From Eledone cirrhosa (Eukaryota): a DNA stretch of 64,000 nucleotides. Below are positions 39,814-52,687 of the stretch, in pieces. Made by a program: the position numbers and the translations under genes. Under the pieces are notes generated by a model. The model ran no database searches. It saw only the letters and a list, made by a program, of their open reading frames with translations, and had not been told where the DNA came from. The stretch spans positions 155,310,001 to 155,374,000 of the forward strand of contig OZ024742.1 in assembly GCA_964016885.1 (NCBI GenBank). The letters run 5' to 3'. Position 1 is the stretch's first letter; every line of letters begins with the position of its first letter.

Positions 39814-39892
39814 ACACACGCTGATGAACCGAGACTAACATTTCTTTCAACAAATTCTCTGGTGAAACATATCTCTGGATTTGTACGTGTGT
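39814..39892 (+). ncRNA. Type I hammerhead ribozyme
   Basis: acacacg CTGATGA acc-gaga...tctc-t-ggt GAAA ca-tatctctggatt-tg TA cgtgtgt. Stem I is a perfect 7 bp, stem II is paired, and the GUA triplet ends at 39885. Confidence 0.85.
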
Positions 39893-40096
39893 TATATAGT
39901 TATAGAGGTATTTATTTACGCTTTAATTTATATTTTTAATTATCGTGTCTATAGTCTGCCTTTCATAGGTTATAGATTCCATACACTGGTGGTTTTTTCC
40001 CTGTATTATTGATAACGCACTATATATCTCTCTCTGGTGTGTTACCTTCTCAACATATTATATCTATATATATATGTATATCTCTATGTAGGAGCA

Positions 40097-40185
<89 letters not shown>

Positions 40186-41629
40186 TGCGTTGATTTATTA
40201 TGTTCTTATATAATGATTGAGTATGGATATAAAGTTCACCGCAATCAAGTTATCAAGAAAAGGAATGGATAACAATGTACCGAGAAAAGATGATCCCCGT
40301 TTTCATGGAGGACAAAATATATTTCAGGCCAAGCTGGAACTATTGTGTTTCACTTGAGATCCAAGGAAGTCAAACACTGTTTTTTTTTTATTTACATAAC
40401 TTACACGGACTTTGGCTCTGGATATTTAGGAACAACAATGTATTTATTGAAAAACAAAACATTATATGATTACAAATCTAACAGGTTTTTCAATTTATCA
40501 TCTCCAGATTGTGAAGCAGGTATTTCATGTTTACACAGCATATGATTCTGACTGATCGGCAAAGTTTAAACTGGATATGATGTGAGGTCTATTACCTCAA
40601 AACGTATATGTTGTTTACTGTGCTGGACAATTAATACACTTCGTATATAAATGTATTTTTCATTTCAAAAGGAAAGGTAGCACAGTTTCGGCTAGCAGTT
40701 TAGGTGACATGTTGTTATATTACCTTCCTTTGTATAAGCAATATACATATATGTAGGTATTGGGATGATCTCCTACATGAGATACCTAATATTAATAATG
40801 TTATAATTATTTAAGAAGGAGATTAGTATATGCAAAAAGTAAACGGAAAAATAGTTCATTGAAACGATACAGTACAATGGAGACATATATTAGTTTCGGA
40901 AGCTAGTCATTAATCAGAAAAGAAAATAAGAAATAAAAATATCGACGAGACTAACAAGAGAGAGGGACAATCTTTGTGCATTTTCAGTGGACATGTGTTT
41001 GTGTATGTGCGTGTGTTTGTGTATGTGTATATATGTGTGTATGTATATGTGTGTGCGTGTGTGCATGTGTGTTTGCTTATTTGCAGGATACAAGTTGTAA
41101 GGGTCTTTGCGTCTAACCATGGCGAATCTGGAATCAGTCTTTGGAGTGTAGATGTGTGAGCGCGCAGAAGTAAAATGTCCAACGCAGGGACGGACAGTAG
41201 TTAGGGGAGTAGCCGTACACGTGTGTGTATGTATATAATCACGTGCATACATGTCACCGCTGTTTCCATATATGTGTATTGTGCGAAAATATAAAAGTGC
41301 ACAAACAAGTACATGTATTGGAAAAGTGCTGTAGTGAATGGAAGGTGATTAAGATAATGTATGTTGCTCTAACCTATGGGGTTTCTCTGGCCCTGTGATA
41401 ATGGCAACCGTGAAGAATGGCGCCATAATATTATCACCACAGAACGCCTAACTGCGAAGGGTAAATTCACTGCATACGTGAAGAGGGATTGAGCCAGAAA
41501 GTAATAGGGACCCTGAATATAGGTGTGGTGTCATTTATCACCATCGAGGCACTAGCTCCGGCAATGCGCGTCATACTAACAGAGCAGCAAACCCAGGATT
41601 CACACGTATAGGTGCTCCGTGAAGCGACG

Positions 41630-42069
41630 ACCCTTAATACACATACGTTCATGTATGAAATATGTTTCTATATATAAGACTTATGACGTAAATATTTAAT
41701 AGAAAGCAAGATGAATAAAGAAAGGAATAATGAAGTGATGAACTAAAATATTCGGTTTGATTTATTGAAACTTTCAGATAAATTGTGACATAAGTGGGAA
41801 AAGATATATTTCGAAAAAAAGAAAAGAAAAACAAGAAAAATATCATGTGGACATATATGGATGAATAAAAATCAAACGAAACATATGGAGATGAATTGAA
41901 ATGAGAGAAAGAAAGCTTCAGTAATAGATATGAATATAAACTGTAAAGTAACTAAAGAAAATAATAATATTAGGCAAAAAAAGGGATGTTCTAGAGTGAT
42001 GTTTCTCGCAATACAACTGATTTAAGTAGCTCTCGTGTTACACCGTAGAGCGTAGTATGTGGACACGTT
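41630..42069. repeat. About 435-bp direct repeat, copy 1
   Basis: acccttaatacacatacgttcat...gtagtatgtggacacgtt is repeated at 44801-45230 with scattered substitutions and small indels. Confidence 0.92.
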
Positions 42070-43032
42070 TGATGTAACTTTAATTAAATATATACATAAC
42101 TTCCTGCTGTGACACTGGCATAAACGATGGGAAACAGAAGATATCAAAGAGCCTAGGACATAACAGAGCAGTATCATTTGGGGAAGAAATACGTATTATG
42201 TGAACATAAATGTTTGTATACATATATATATATATATATACATACATCAGAATGAAAGAAATATATATTAAAAATACGTATGCGGGCGTGAGTAAATACA
42301 TAATTATATCGTTGTATGTATATATCATGAAATGTATTTCAGTAGATATTAAGGAAACTGTTTACACATTTATATACAAATAGACGAACAGACGCTTTCG
42401 TTTTATCTTTCTACCAGAAAGTGTGTATGTGAGTTTACATAATATATACTCAATAAATGTATACAATTTCCATATATATATATTTGTGTAGGTATATGCA
42501 TTTGTGTGTATGTGTTTGTTTGTGTGTGCGTGTCTGTGTGTGCGTGTGTGTGTGTGCATAAGCGAAAAGGTGGGCGACGGAGTATCGTTAGATTGTTGCA
42601 GATGTATGTGCTTTATGTTCAAATGTGGACGAGTATATATTCTGGGGCTGATCCGAAAATATACTTTTAAAATAATCTGTTTGAGCAGAAACAATAACAA
42701 GTTGGATAGTATTCATTGGATTGACCGAGCCGTCGTATCAGTCGAACTAATAAATTTAGGGGAACACTGTTCATAGCAGAACAGTTGTGTCATTATATAT
42801 ATACTTATTCACCAACAAACCAAATTACTTCTTTAAAAACCTAGCAATTCGAGTCAGTTTTTTCCATATAAAACAGAAGTAACATTCAAAGACCAACCAA
42901 ACGTGAGAAAAACCACCATCTCAATTCTATTTTTGAAAAGCAGAAGAACTGCGAAACCGGTAAAGGGACCAAATAAATATATATATTTAAAAGAAAAAAA
43001 ACTCCAGTTGCATTTTAGATTTCATCTTTTTT

Positions 43033-43106
<74 letters not shown>

Positions 43107-43109
<3 letters not shown>

Positions 43110-43405
43110 ATATTATAAAGAACGAGGAATCAGTATTGCATCAATTCATAATTTATTAACATATAACATATGTTTCTCCGCCGATCAGTTCGAGGCAGGA
43201 TCTGTTAAAGGTGGAACCCGACTCTACATTCGAAGAGTCTTCAGATATGTCTCATCTCAAGATATATCTGAAGACTCTTCGTATGCAGAATCCGGTTCGA
43301 TCTGTAACAGAGCCAGCATCGAGCTGATCGACCGAGAAACATAAGTAATATGTTTATAAATTATGGTTTGAGGCAATACGCGTTCCTCGTTCTGTATAAT
43401 ATTAT
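43107..43405. mobile_element. Diverged inverted repeat (about 145-bp arms) with a hammerhead-like motif in each arm
   Basis: Right arm (+): gatatat CTGAAGA...GAAAC ataa GTA atatgtt (43261-43354). Left arm (-): acatat CTGAAGA...GAAAC atat GTT atatgt (43159-43250). Adjacent to (TA)n. Confidence 0.7.
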
Positions 43406-43763
43406 AGTCTGATCTGTGCGAGCATCGAGTTCTCATTCGGCACACCGCCTATGGACGCATTTACCTGCAACCCTACAACCCCTATATCTGTATATATATA
43501 TGTGTGTGTGTGTAGAGAGAGAGAGAGAAAGAGAGAGATTTGCGTGTCTGTTTGTGCGCGTCTGTGTGTAAGTGTGTAATGTCGTCTCATTCTTCTTATT
43601 TACGCCACATACTCAAGGGAGGGTCGTTTGGGCAGTGTGATCAACCTCGCCCCCAGTAAGACCTGACCTCCGAGGTACACTTTCTACAGATTAATGTTAC
43701 TCTAAAGTCCCTTCTGTGTACCCCTTATCGGCTGTTTATTTTTATAATCAGATAGACCCCTCC

Positions 43764-43806
<43 letters not shown>

Positions 43807-43976
43807 CACAAATATTCTAGGGTGCTTCTCTGCTTTTTCAACGTGCAGTTGCCTCCCTTGGGGATTATGCCCCGTTCACAGTCACCATTAATATTTTGGT
43901 CTACGATGGAGACGTAAATATACTGTGAATAGATCCAACCAGATATGACGGTATATTTATTGATGAGATTGTATTA

Positions 43977-44041
43977 ACAAACATTTCTCTGAAGATCCCG
44001 CATGATTCTTTAATGAGGGTGAAACATTATGTAAGATTTGT
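43977..44041 (+). ncRNA. Type I hammerhead ribozyme motif
   Basis: acaaa-catt-tct CTGAAGA t-ccc...ggg-t GAAAC attat GTA aga-tttgt. Stem I is tct/aga plus acaaa/tttgt across a bulge; the GUA triplet ends at 44033. Confidence 0.68.
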
Positions 44042-44242
44042 ATAAAGAACGTGTTATAACGGCTAGTAATTCCTTCATTCATTCACTTGCTTATACCTGC
44101 TCAGCTTGAACACTCTACTAAATATTAAGTCCTCCACTAACCCAGGTATGAGCACATTTCGCTTCGGCTATCGGCATATAATAATCTGTATCGCACCTAT
44201 CTGTATCTTTCTAACTCCTCCACTCCTACGATAAATATACCC

Positions 44243-44311
<69 letters not shown>

Positions 44312-44800
44312 GTGTGTTAGAGACAGATATATAAGGAAGTTTATAAAATGTGTTCGTGTAATTTTAATATAATCAGCGTGGGTGTTTTACGAAGAGCATT
44401 TTCTGGGCTGAGATTTTCTCATTAACTATGATTTTAAGCACAATAATTATACCTGCGTCCCACAAATATTACCCAGATGCATGCCATAACGAATGAGAAG
44501 TTTCTCTGGTCGTGATAGACGTGAAATAGCAGATATACGATCAGTTTTGTAAACGCAATACATATATTCGGACATAATTTTAGGGTGATTCTTCTGCTAA
44601 TTATTGCAGGTAGAAGCCACGTTTTATAAGGAATTTCTGTTGTGCCATATTTCGAGGTTATAGAAATCTTAATTGGCACTCAATATTCGTATTGGGAAAC
44701 CATGAAATATAGAGAACAAAATTCGTGTCTGTGAAGGAAATTACAGATCAGTTACAATCTCAATTTGCAAGTGAATTAATTAAGTATACGTGCCCTGAGA

Positions 44801-45230
44801 ACCCTTAATACACATACGTTCATATATGAAATATGTTTCTATATATAAGACTTATGACGCAAATATGTAATAGAAAGCAAAATGAATAAAGAAAGGAATA
44901 ATGAAGTGATGAACTAAAATATTCGGTTTGATTTATTGAAACTTTCAGATAAGTTATGACATAAGTGGGAAAAAATATATATCGAAAAAAAAGAAGAAAA
45001 ACGAGAAAAATACCATGTGGACATATATGGACGAATAAAAATCAAACGAAACATTTGGAGATGAATTGAAATGAGAGAAAGAAAGCTTCAGTAATAGATA
45101 TGAATATAAACTGTAAAGAAAATAATAACATTAGACAAAAAAAGGAATGTTCTAGAGTGATGTTTCTCGCAATACAACTGATTTAAGTAGATCTCGTGTT
45201 AAACTAAAGAGCGTAGTATGTGGACACGTT
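44801..45230. repeat. About 430-bp direct repeat, copy 2
   Basis: Paralog of 41630-42069. Confidence 0.92.
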
Positions 45231-45362
45231 GGAAATTTTGGACGAATACACTTTCAACATCCTGGAAGTAACATGCATATTTTATAATTTATATATTGAA
45301 TCACTGTAAAGAACTTATGTACACATACATACATATACATACGCATGTACAAGTACACACTC

Positions 45363-45431
<69 letters not shown>

Positions 45432-45618
45432 AACGTTTTATTTAAATTGTTGGTATACAACAAGCAAATATGTTTATAACTGATATAAAGCACTCGACAA
45501 ATATTTGGAGTAGATATACGATATTAATAAATGGAAACTATCCTGATGGCCCCCGAAAACAACGGTCAATTTTTAAAAGGGGTACGTCAATGTCTATTTA
45601 TAAAACTGTTATATATTG

Positions 45619-45683
45619 TATTTTGTCTGATGAAGGCATACCATAATGTAACTTGGTATCCTTGAAATATATATAATGAAATA
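45619..45683 (+). ncRNA. Type I hammerhead ribozyme with minimal palindromic stem III, inside a 200-bp unit with 28-bp inverted ends
   Basis: tattttgt CTGATGA agg-c-atacca...tggtat-cct-t GAAA tatata TA atgaaata. atatacgatattaataaatggaaactat (45514-45541) is inverted at 45687-45714. Confidence 0.8.
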
Positions 45684-46767
45684 AATATAGTTTCCATTTA
45701 TTAATATCGTATATATATATATATATATATATAGTGTATTTTAAAATAAGAGGGAGTCATAAACGGGGTACATTCCCGAGCGTATATATATATATATATA
45801 TATAATTGCGTGCGCCTCCAGAGCGAGTTGCCCTGCGCAGAAAGGTCTATTCACTAAATATGTTATAGCTATCTTATATTATGTTCCGTTTGGAGATGTG
45901 TAATAAAAAACAACAACAACCAATTATATTAGTATTTAGGGAGTTCTTTAACTTAATGCCCCATATCTGTTCTACTTCAAAGATTCGGAGAGGATTTATT
46001 ACCGCAGTTTCATGGATTGGTTGTATTTATAAATCTGGTAATTATTGTGATGGCTGAGGAAGTAGCATGGAGATGGATCTTGAATTCAAATCTGGAGTTT
46101 TATATAAACAGTCAAATTGCATTTTTTTCTTATTACCCTTTGGCTAATTATAATTATTGGCATTCTTCCTGTGCATTTCTTTCTTAATTCCTCTTAATCA
46201 ATCCCTATTTTTCTGGAAGAAATCGGCTGTTCTGATCTGGCGGGGCTCTGCCTTATCTAAACACTACCGTGTTTAACCGTTATATACATACATGACATTT
46301 TATTTAATAGATATTTCTCTGGACTACGATAAAGAACACACATGTTAGGTGAAGCATTCATTTGCATCAGCTTACACGAAAATATATGCATTTTATTAAC
46401 AGGAGATGGGAATTCTCGCGGAGCATGATCATTTGTTTATTGGAGAGGTCATCATTTATGTATTTGTGAGAAGATTCGACATTTTTCAATAAACATGAAA
46501 TACAAAGTATATTTTCAGTAACAATCATCCGTACCCATCAGTCAAATGAAAGAATAGTTTCCTTTAATATTTCAATTGCTGGTCATATTTAGCGGTGGCA
46601 AACGTTGGCGGAAGGATTAGCAAGAAATAACATATTTTTTTAAGGATACAACGTACCACCTACAAAAGGTATTGAACGATTAACCCTCTGATTGTGAGTC
46701 CAAAATGTTCCTATCACCTCACACAGTGCACGGACACACATACATACATAAACACACACCCACACCA

Positions 46768-46769
<2 letters not shown>

Positions 46770-46807
<38 letters not shown>

Positions 46808-46808
46808 A

Positions 46809-46854
<46 letters not shown>

Positions 46855-47031
46855 ATGTATATATATTTGCGCCTATACATTTAATTATATTTCTCTATAC
46901 ACATTTACGCCTATATTTGCACCACGCATGCACATCAATATATATAAAAATAACACAAGTACAACCACCCCCCCACACACACACAAACATAAACACACAC
47001 ATATATATATATATGTATGTATGTATATATT

Positions 47032-47071
<40 letters not shown>

Positions 47072-47093
47072 CATTACATATATATATATACAT

Positions 47094-47152
<59 letters not shown>

Positions 47153-47169
47153 CATATATATATATACAT

Positions 47170-47213
<44 letters not shown>

Positions 47214-47230
47214 ATGTATATATATATATG

Positions 47231-47283
<53 letters not shown>

Positions 47284-47333
47284 ATGTATATATATATATG
47301 TAATGTATATATATATATGTATATATGTATATA

Positions 47334-47400
<67 letters not shown>
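46770..47400. repeat. Complex TA/CA microsatellite including a mirror-inverted block
   Basis: cattacat interruptions (47072-47175) recur as atgtaatg (47209-47306) in inverse order. Confidence 0.9.
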
Positions 47401-47401
<1 letters not shown>

Positions 47402-47778
47402 AGTCTTGGCATCTTATTGTTTCAATACATCAAACTAATGCGTATATAAATATGTTGTAAATATATCTCTAATGTTAATATATATTTCACCAATGTTTAC
47501 TTACATCAAATGATAGTTTAAAAAATATGCAACAATACTAATTTTCTGCACGAGCTATTCCATTATCTACACGTGATTCAGTTAATTTTCAAAATAATGT
47601 TTCATGATACAAATAACAAGGAAAGATACACTGATATCAAAACTGCTACGATCTAATTATAAAAGCTATTTCCCCACAATGCTGACAGATAACTCAGTAT
47701 AATTTATATATCTCACATTACACATCTACACACACACAAACATATATATTTCATATATACGCACATATATATTTATTA

Positions 47779-47892
<114 letters not shown>

Positions 47893-47929
47893 GTATATAT
47901 ATATATATAAATTGAAATCCTCCCCGACG

Positions 47930-47968
<39 letters not shown>

Positions 47969-48746
47969 GTCTCTCATATATATATATGTGTGTGTGCGTG
48001 TTCGCATGTGTGTGTGTATATGTGTGTGAGTGTGTGTAATTAGTGGGAATGCAGAATAGATTATTCTCTTCTACACGTCATGTAACCGCAAAAGTTAATC
48101 CTGCTCAACATTAAATATCATAGACACATAATCACATGCCACAGTTATACGTATGTGTTTCATTCTGATATTTTATTCATAAATACATGTTTAAAATATA
48201 TGATATATATTTAAAATTTGTCAAATCAATGTCATAAATTAAATTTTTAAACAAGCAGGACTATTATATATATATGTATATATGACATAGATTTATAGAT
48301 ATATCGTGTTCATAATTATTTGTTACCTTTGTGGCTCCAATGTCGAAGTTAACATGAATGCCCTCGAGGTGATATTGCAACAATGCTGCGTACTCTGCTG
48401 ACACATTTTCATTGTTAATTCCATTCATACTATTAACTGTTGTTTAATAAAAAAAATATGTTTTTAGACACCCTAAATGTGTTACCCTTTACATATTTCA
48501 TATGAATGTTTATATCAAAAATGTTTCTTCCAAAACCACTCAATGATTCAAATATCAAGGTGGTTTTCTGCGTAGTTTCCATCAATTTACAACTAACATA
48601 AAATGACTGTACAATTTACGTTATTGGCATAATATATATTTTGAAAGTAAATTGGTTTCTACCCACGTTTTAGATATGTTGCTGACATAAGGGATCTCAT
48701 ATGCCTAAGACGAGCGTTTGAAATATACACTATATATAAATATAAA

Positions 48747-48777
<31 letters not shown>

Positions 48778-48822
48778 CACACACATACAGGCAAAATTCC
48801 GTTATAACGGAAAGAGATGGGT

Positions 48823-48892
48823 GATGTGTTGGTGTAATGGTAGCACAGTGGTCGCGATAAGCAAAGATGTGGGTTCGCCCCCATGTACGTCA
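48823..48892 (+). pseudogene. tRNA-like sequence, copy 1 (pseudogene or SINE head)
   Basis: A-box tggtgtaatggt and a damaged B-box ggttcgcccc. Part of a duplicated unit of about 259-bp period. Confidence 0.6.
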
Positions 48893-49081
48893 ATACTCAA
48901 CTTTTTCCATTTATCTAAGGGTTCTAAACCCCATTATCAGGCTAACATTCCATTACTCAAAAATACGGTGAACGCTATTCTATTTTATAATTTCAAACCT
49001 GCTCACTGTTTCAAAACATACTTAATTGCCATTTAAACTCGCTAAGAATGTAGCTTCCAATTTGAATGGAAATAGATGGGT

Positions 49082-49152
49082 GATGTGTTGGTGTAATGGT
49101 AGCACAGTGGTCGCGATAACCAAATATGTGGGTTCGACTCCCATGTACGTCA
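49082..49152 (+). pseudogene. tRNA-like cloverleaf, copy 2 (apparent CGA anticodon, short variable loop)
   Basis: Acceptor gatgtgt/gtacgtc, D-arm gtgt-aatggta-gcac, anticodon arm tggt-cgCGAta-acca, T-arm gtggg-ttcgact-cccat, followed by a T-tract. G at position 33 argues against a functional tRNA. Confidence 0.65.
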
Positions 49153-50270
49153 ATACTTATTTTTTTTCATTTATCTGAGGGTTCTAAACCCCATTACCAG
49201 GCTAAAATCCCTTTAGTCAAACATACGGTAAAAGCTATTCTATTTTCTAATATATATATAATCCCCTATATTGGATAGGCATTACTTTTATCATGTCTTG
49301 CCGGATATACAGAAGATTTTGCCCCTTAAATGAAATCGCGGAAATGATTTTTGTAGTATTTTGTTATAGGATATATTTATAAAAAAATGGGAAATGTTAT
49401 TGTTTATACCTAAATCTGTAATCTATTATTTCAAGTTCAGCTTAATATTGATTAAGTTAAGTTTATAACCAAACTTTTTTAACGAAAACGTTTACGTTGC
49501 GATTGAATGCAAATATATCTATACAATTGCCTTTTTATAACCTTTATACACAAATATATAAGAGGGAAGGAAAACAAAGCAAAACTCATTTGTTTTATGT
49601 TCTAATTTGCAAAGTGCTTGAAATTAATTATAATATTACTAGTTTATTTATAGTAAGTATTTTGTCGCTATTGATGTTGCATCTACTGAACTTGGTACTT
49701 TAGCTTCAATGGTATCATAGATTTGGGAATGATTATATGAAGTTCCCATTCTTTGTAAAATATCCAGGGGATATATTATACAAGAGGTGTCAATGATTAA
49801 ACTAATCTGATAAACGATATTTCTACCACATAGCATTTATCTTCACTCACGCATTCATATTTAACATATTTAAGAAAATATTGATTAGGTTTATATTGCA
49901 AAACGAATATACAACTGCATTACCGTAGCCTTTACACACGCAATCAATTTCCTCCCTTTCCCTTACACATCTAGGTGAGTGATTAATTGACACACGAAAA
50001 GTATTATTGGTGTATGGTATTTTAGAAATAACGATCAATGGAATATCCTACCCACAACCATGTTCTGATTTGTTGTTAAACTCCTGTATGCTAGAAATGA
50101 GTAGTTTTCATATAATATTTACATCTGATGACTATAAATAAGATCTTATGGAATAACTATAAACATAGCACCAATCAAAGGTTACGCTTCGATTCGAAAT
50201 TGTCATAACTCATAAAACAGGTAAATAGAATAATGAAATCTCTTCTTTCTAATTCAATTCGTGTTGTTCG

Positions 50271-50350
50271 TTCAAGTGTGCGGTCAAATGGTAGCATTCG
50301 CTTTAGTGTGTGGTCAAACGGTAGCATTTATTTTAGTGTGAGATCAAACG
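50271..50350. repeat. 30-bp tandem minisatellite (about 2.6 units)
   Basis: agtgtgcggtcaaatggtagcatt / agtgtgtggtcaaacggtagcatt / agtgtgagatcaaacg. Confidence 0.8.
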
Positions 50351-52480
50351 CCCGACAAGAGCTGTGGAATGAGACATCGTCTTATGTTTCCGTCAGCAAT
50401 GAAGCACTCTTCCTGGACGAGAATAATAATCTATAACTTACATCCTATTTTATGAAATTCTTGGTGGTACAAAATCATAATTTAATGATAACGTAGATGG
50501 TATCCGTTCCGTATTTCTTAAGAAGACAGAACAAAATTGGTTTTAATTTCTAGACCCATAGAGAGTAATTTCCTTTGTCACTGATTTATGACTAAAAGCT
50601 AGGTCTCACAATGAATCACCCAGGAAAATTATAAGACTAATCAATTTTAGTCACATTAGTTTATTGTTACGCATTAATGAATATGGGCATCGAAGATTGT
50701 TTACTATGATTTTTTTTTTTTCCTATTTTAATGACACCTTTGTATAAACTGGCAGAAAGCCTGTATCCAAGGCCCTGCCCTTCAGATTGATTATGTTTTA
50801 GTGATGTTGCTGTAGTTCTTTTTGAACACTATTCAATACGTTAACGACCAGGACCATGGTTTATTTAATGTTATAGTTTCTAGCATCGAATTCACAATAC
50901 GAGTTACTGTTGTCTTCATTGAAATCATTGATGTTCGTGGACAAATGAAAGAAAAACTATCAGCAAAACTAAGAGTAATAATGTGAATTACCGTTTCATA
51001 GATTCTCAATTTTTATGAGAGATGGACGGTATTCGAGAGGAAAGGGTTGGGTATCCCACCCTTCTTCGATATTTATTCTACATAATGTTAAAAAAATAAA
51101 TAGAACACAGTAAAAAACAGTTGTGATATTTCTTTTGTTGTATTGCTTTTACCTTTGAAAACTTACAAACGCATCAAAAATGAAATAAACAGCTAAAAAA
51201 AGTTATTTCAAAACATGAAACAAGTTTACAAACAAAAATTGCTTGTAAAATTATTGAATTTGAAGTCGATTATAGTAGCAAAAATTATTTTATTTCTATA
51301 TGCGTGTCTGTGCACAGATGTCCTGTCTGATTCCCTGCATAACAGTGTGAATGTGTGCGCGTGTATGTGTAAAGGTATACGTAAATAGGTACTCATTTAT
51401 ATGTATACATATGTTTGTTCGTGTGGTGTGGTGTACTTCTAGGTTATCTTAGAAATTAAAAGCAGTACTGAGTATATATATATATGTGTGTAAAGGTGCT
51501 CGTCTATATCTGTTTGTAATAGAACTATTATACAATGTATGTTGCTATGTTGTAAATATTATCTTAAATATTTCACCTTCAAAGTCGTCACCAGCCATAA
51601 ACTCTGCAAAAGAGAATTTATTTTTCATTATTTTTTTCTTTCTATCTAATTTTATTATTTTGAATTATATAACATGATATATTTCTCAAGCAACAGCAAT
51701 TCTTGCAGTTGCGGTATTAATACGCTTTTTCAACGATGTGTTGCATCAATCTGCTTTCATTGTATTGTCATCAATTCATTTGCAATGTGTAATGTGCGTT
51801 CACTATTTATTTGGAATTTATATTTTCTAAATTCAAATTTACCTAAATTAGATGGTTTTATATCCCCATGAGAGAATTGGCTTGGTTTCTGTGTATTTAC
51901 TAATATCAGTTGGAGAAATAGTCGAAATTCTTAAGTAACAGATTGTAACCAGTAAATAGATGTATTGTAGTTCTTAGTTTAATTTACTCTATACAAAGGA
52001 ACACATACATTTCTGTGTTTAGGCATTAGTAGATGACCTTGAGCTGTTTTGTTAAATACGCATTTCTTTGTTATTTCCCGTAAGCGGTTGTTAGTCTGAG
52101 ATAAATTGCTTTGTCCATGGATTCATTTCGGTATTGCTGTGAAATTTCCCCGTGTATGCGGTTTTGGTTAATATGCAGGGACTATTTCGCAAGAAGCTCC
52201 TTTCCACATCGTTCTTATACATGAGTTCTTATACTATGTATGTGTGTATGTATGAATGTATGTGCGTATGTGGGTGTGTATGTATGAATACATGTGCAAC
52301 TTGGAAACACCTGTGTATCATTACACATAAAGAAACAGCGAATCAGATTTCTTCCCCTTCTTTATTTCATGTTTTAATTACGAAACGTTCTTCTAATAGT
52401 TTTCTTAAATCCGAACAATGACAACTCAGTTTCTTATCTATTATTTAAAGTTCACGGCGTTCAAGAAAAGAGAAAGTTTA

Positions 52481-52687
52481 CAACACAATGCCAACAAATT
52501 TTGGTGAATGGGAAAATCGATTATATCGGACAAAAGTTCATTACCTGATGCTTAGTTTTGTCGATCCTGTAAAGATGGAAAGCAAAACAAAGCTCGTTGG
52601 GATCTGAACTCAGAAGGAAAAGGGCCGTGACTCTATCCTGCGAAGCATGATATCTGATGCTCTGCCGATACTGGCAATTCATCGCCC
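52481..52687 (-). mobile_element. Decayed SINE
   Basis: ttttgtcgatcctgtaaagatggaaagcaaa...gatctgaactcagaag...gccgatactggcaattcatcgcc. Confidence 0.7.

Larger units (their letters stand above)
39279..40063. mobile_element. 351-bp inverted repeat element carrying two divergent hammerhead ribozymes (Penelope-like inverted pLTR architecture)
   Basis: 39279-39629 is the reverse complement of 39713-40063, with 2 mismatches seen and an 83-bp spacer. TA tracts lie nearby on both sides. Confidence 0.85.

Noticed and set aside
49082-49152. Functional tRNA-Ser(CGA) gene
   Set aside because: G33, a mismatch in the anticodon stem, several G-U pairs in the acceptor stem and no long variable arm.
50120-50210. 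CTGATGA occurrence (likewise 63339, 17893 and 9211)
   Set aside because: No closable stems I-III; expected by chance in AT-rich DNA.
50271-50350. 30-bp repeats as a CRISPR-like array
   Set aside because: Head-to-tail minisatellite with no unique spacers, in a eukaryotic context.
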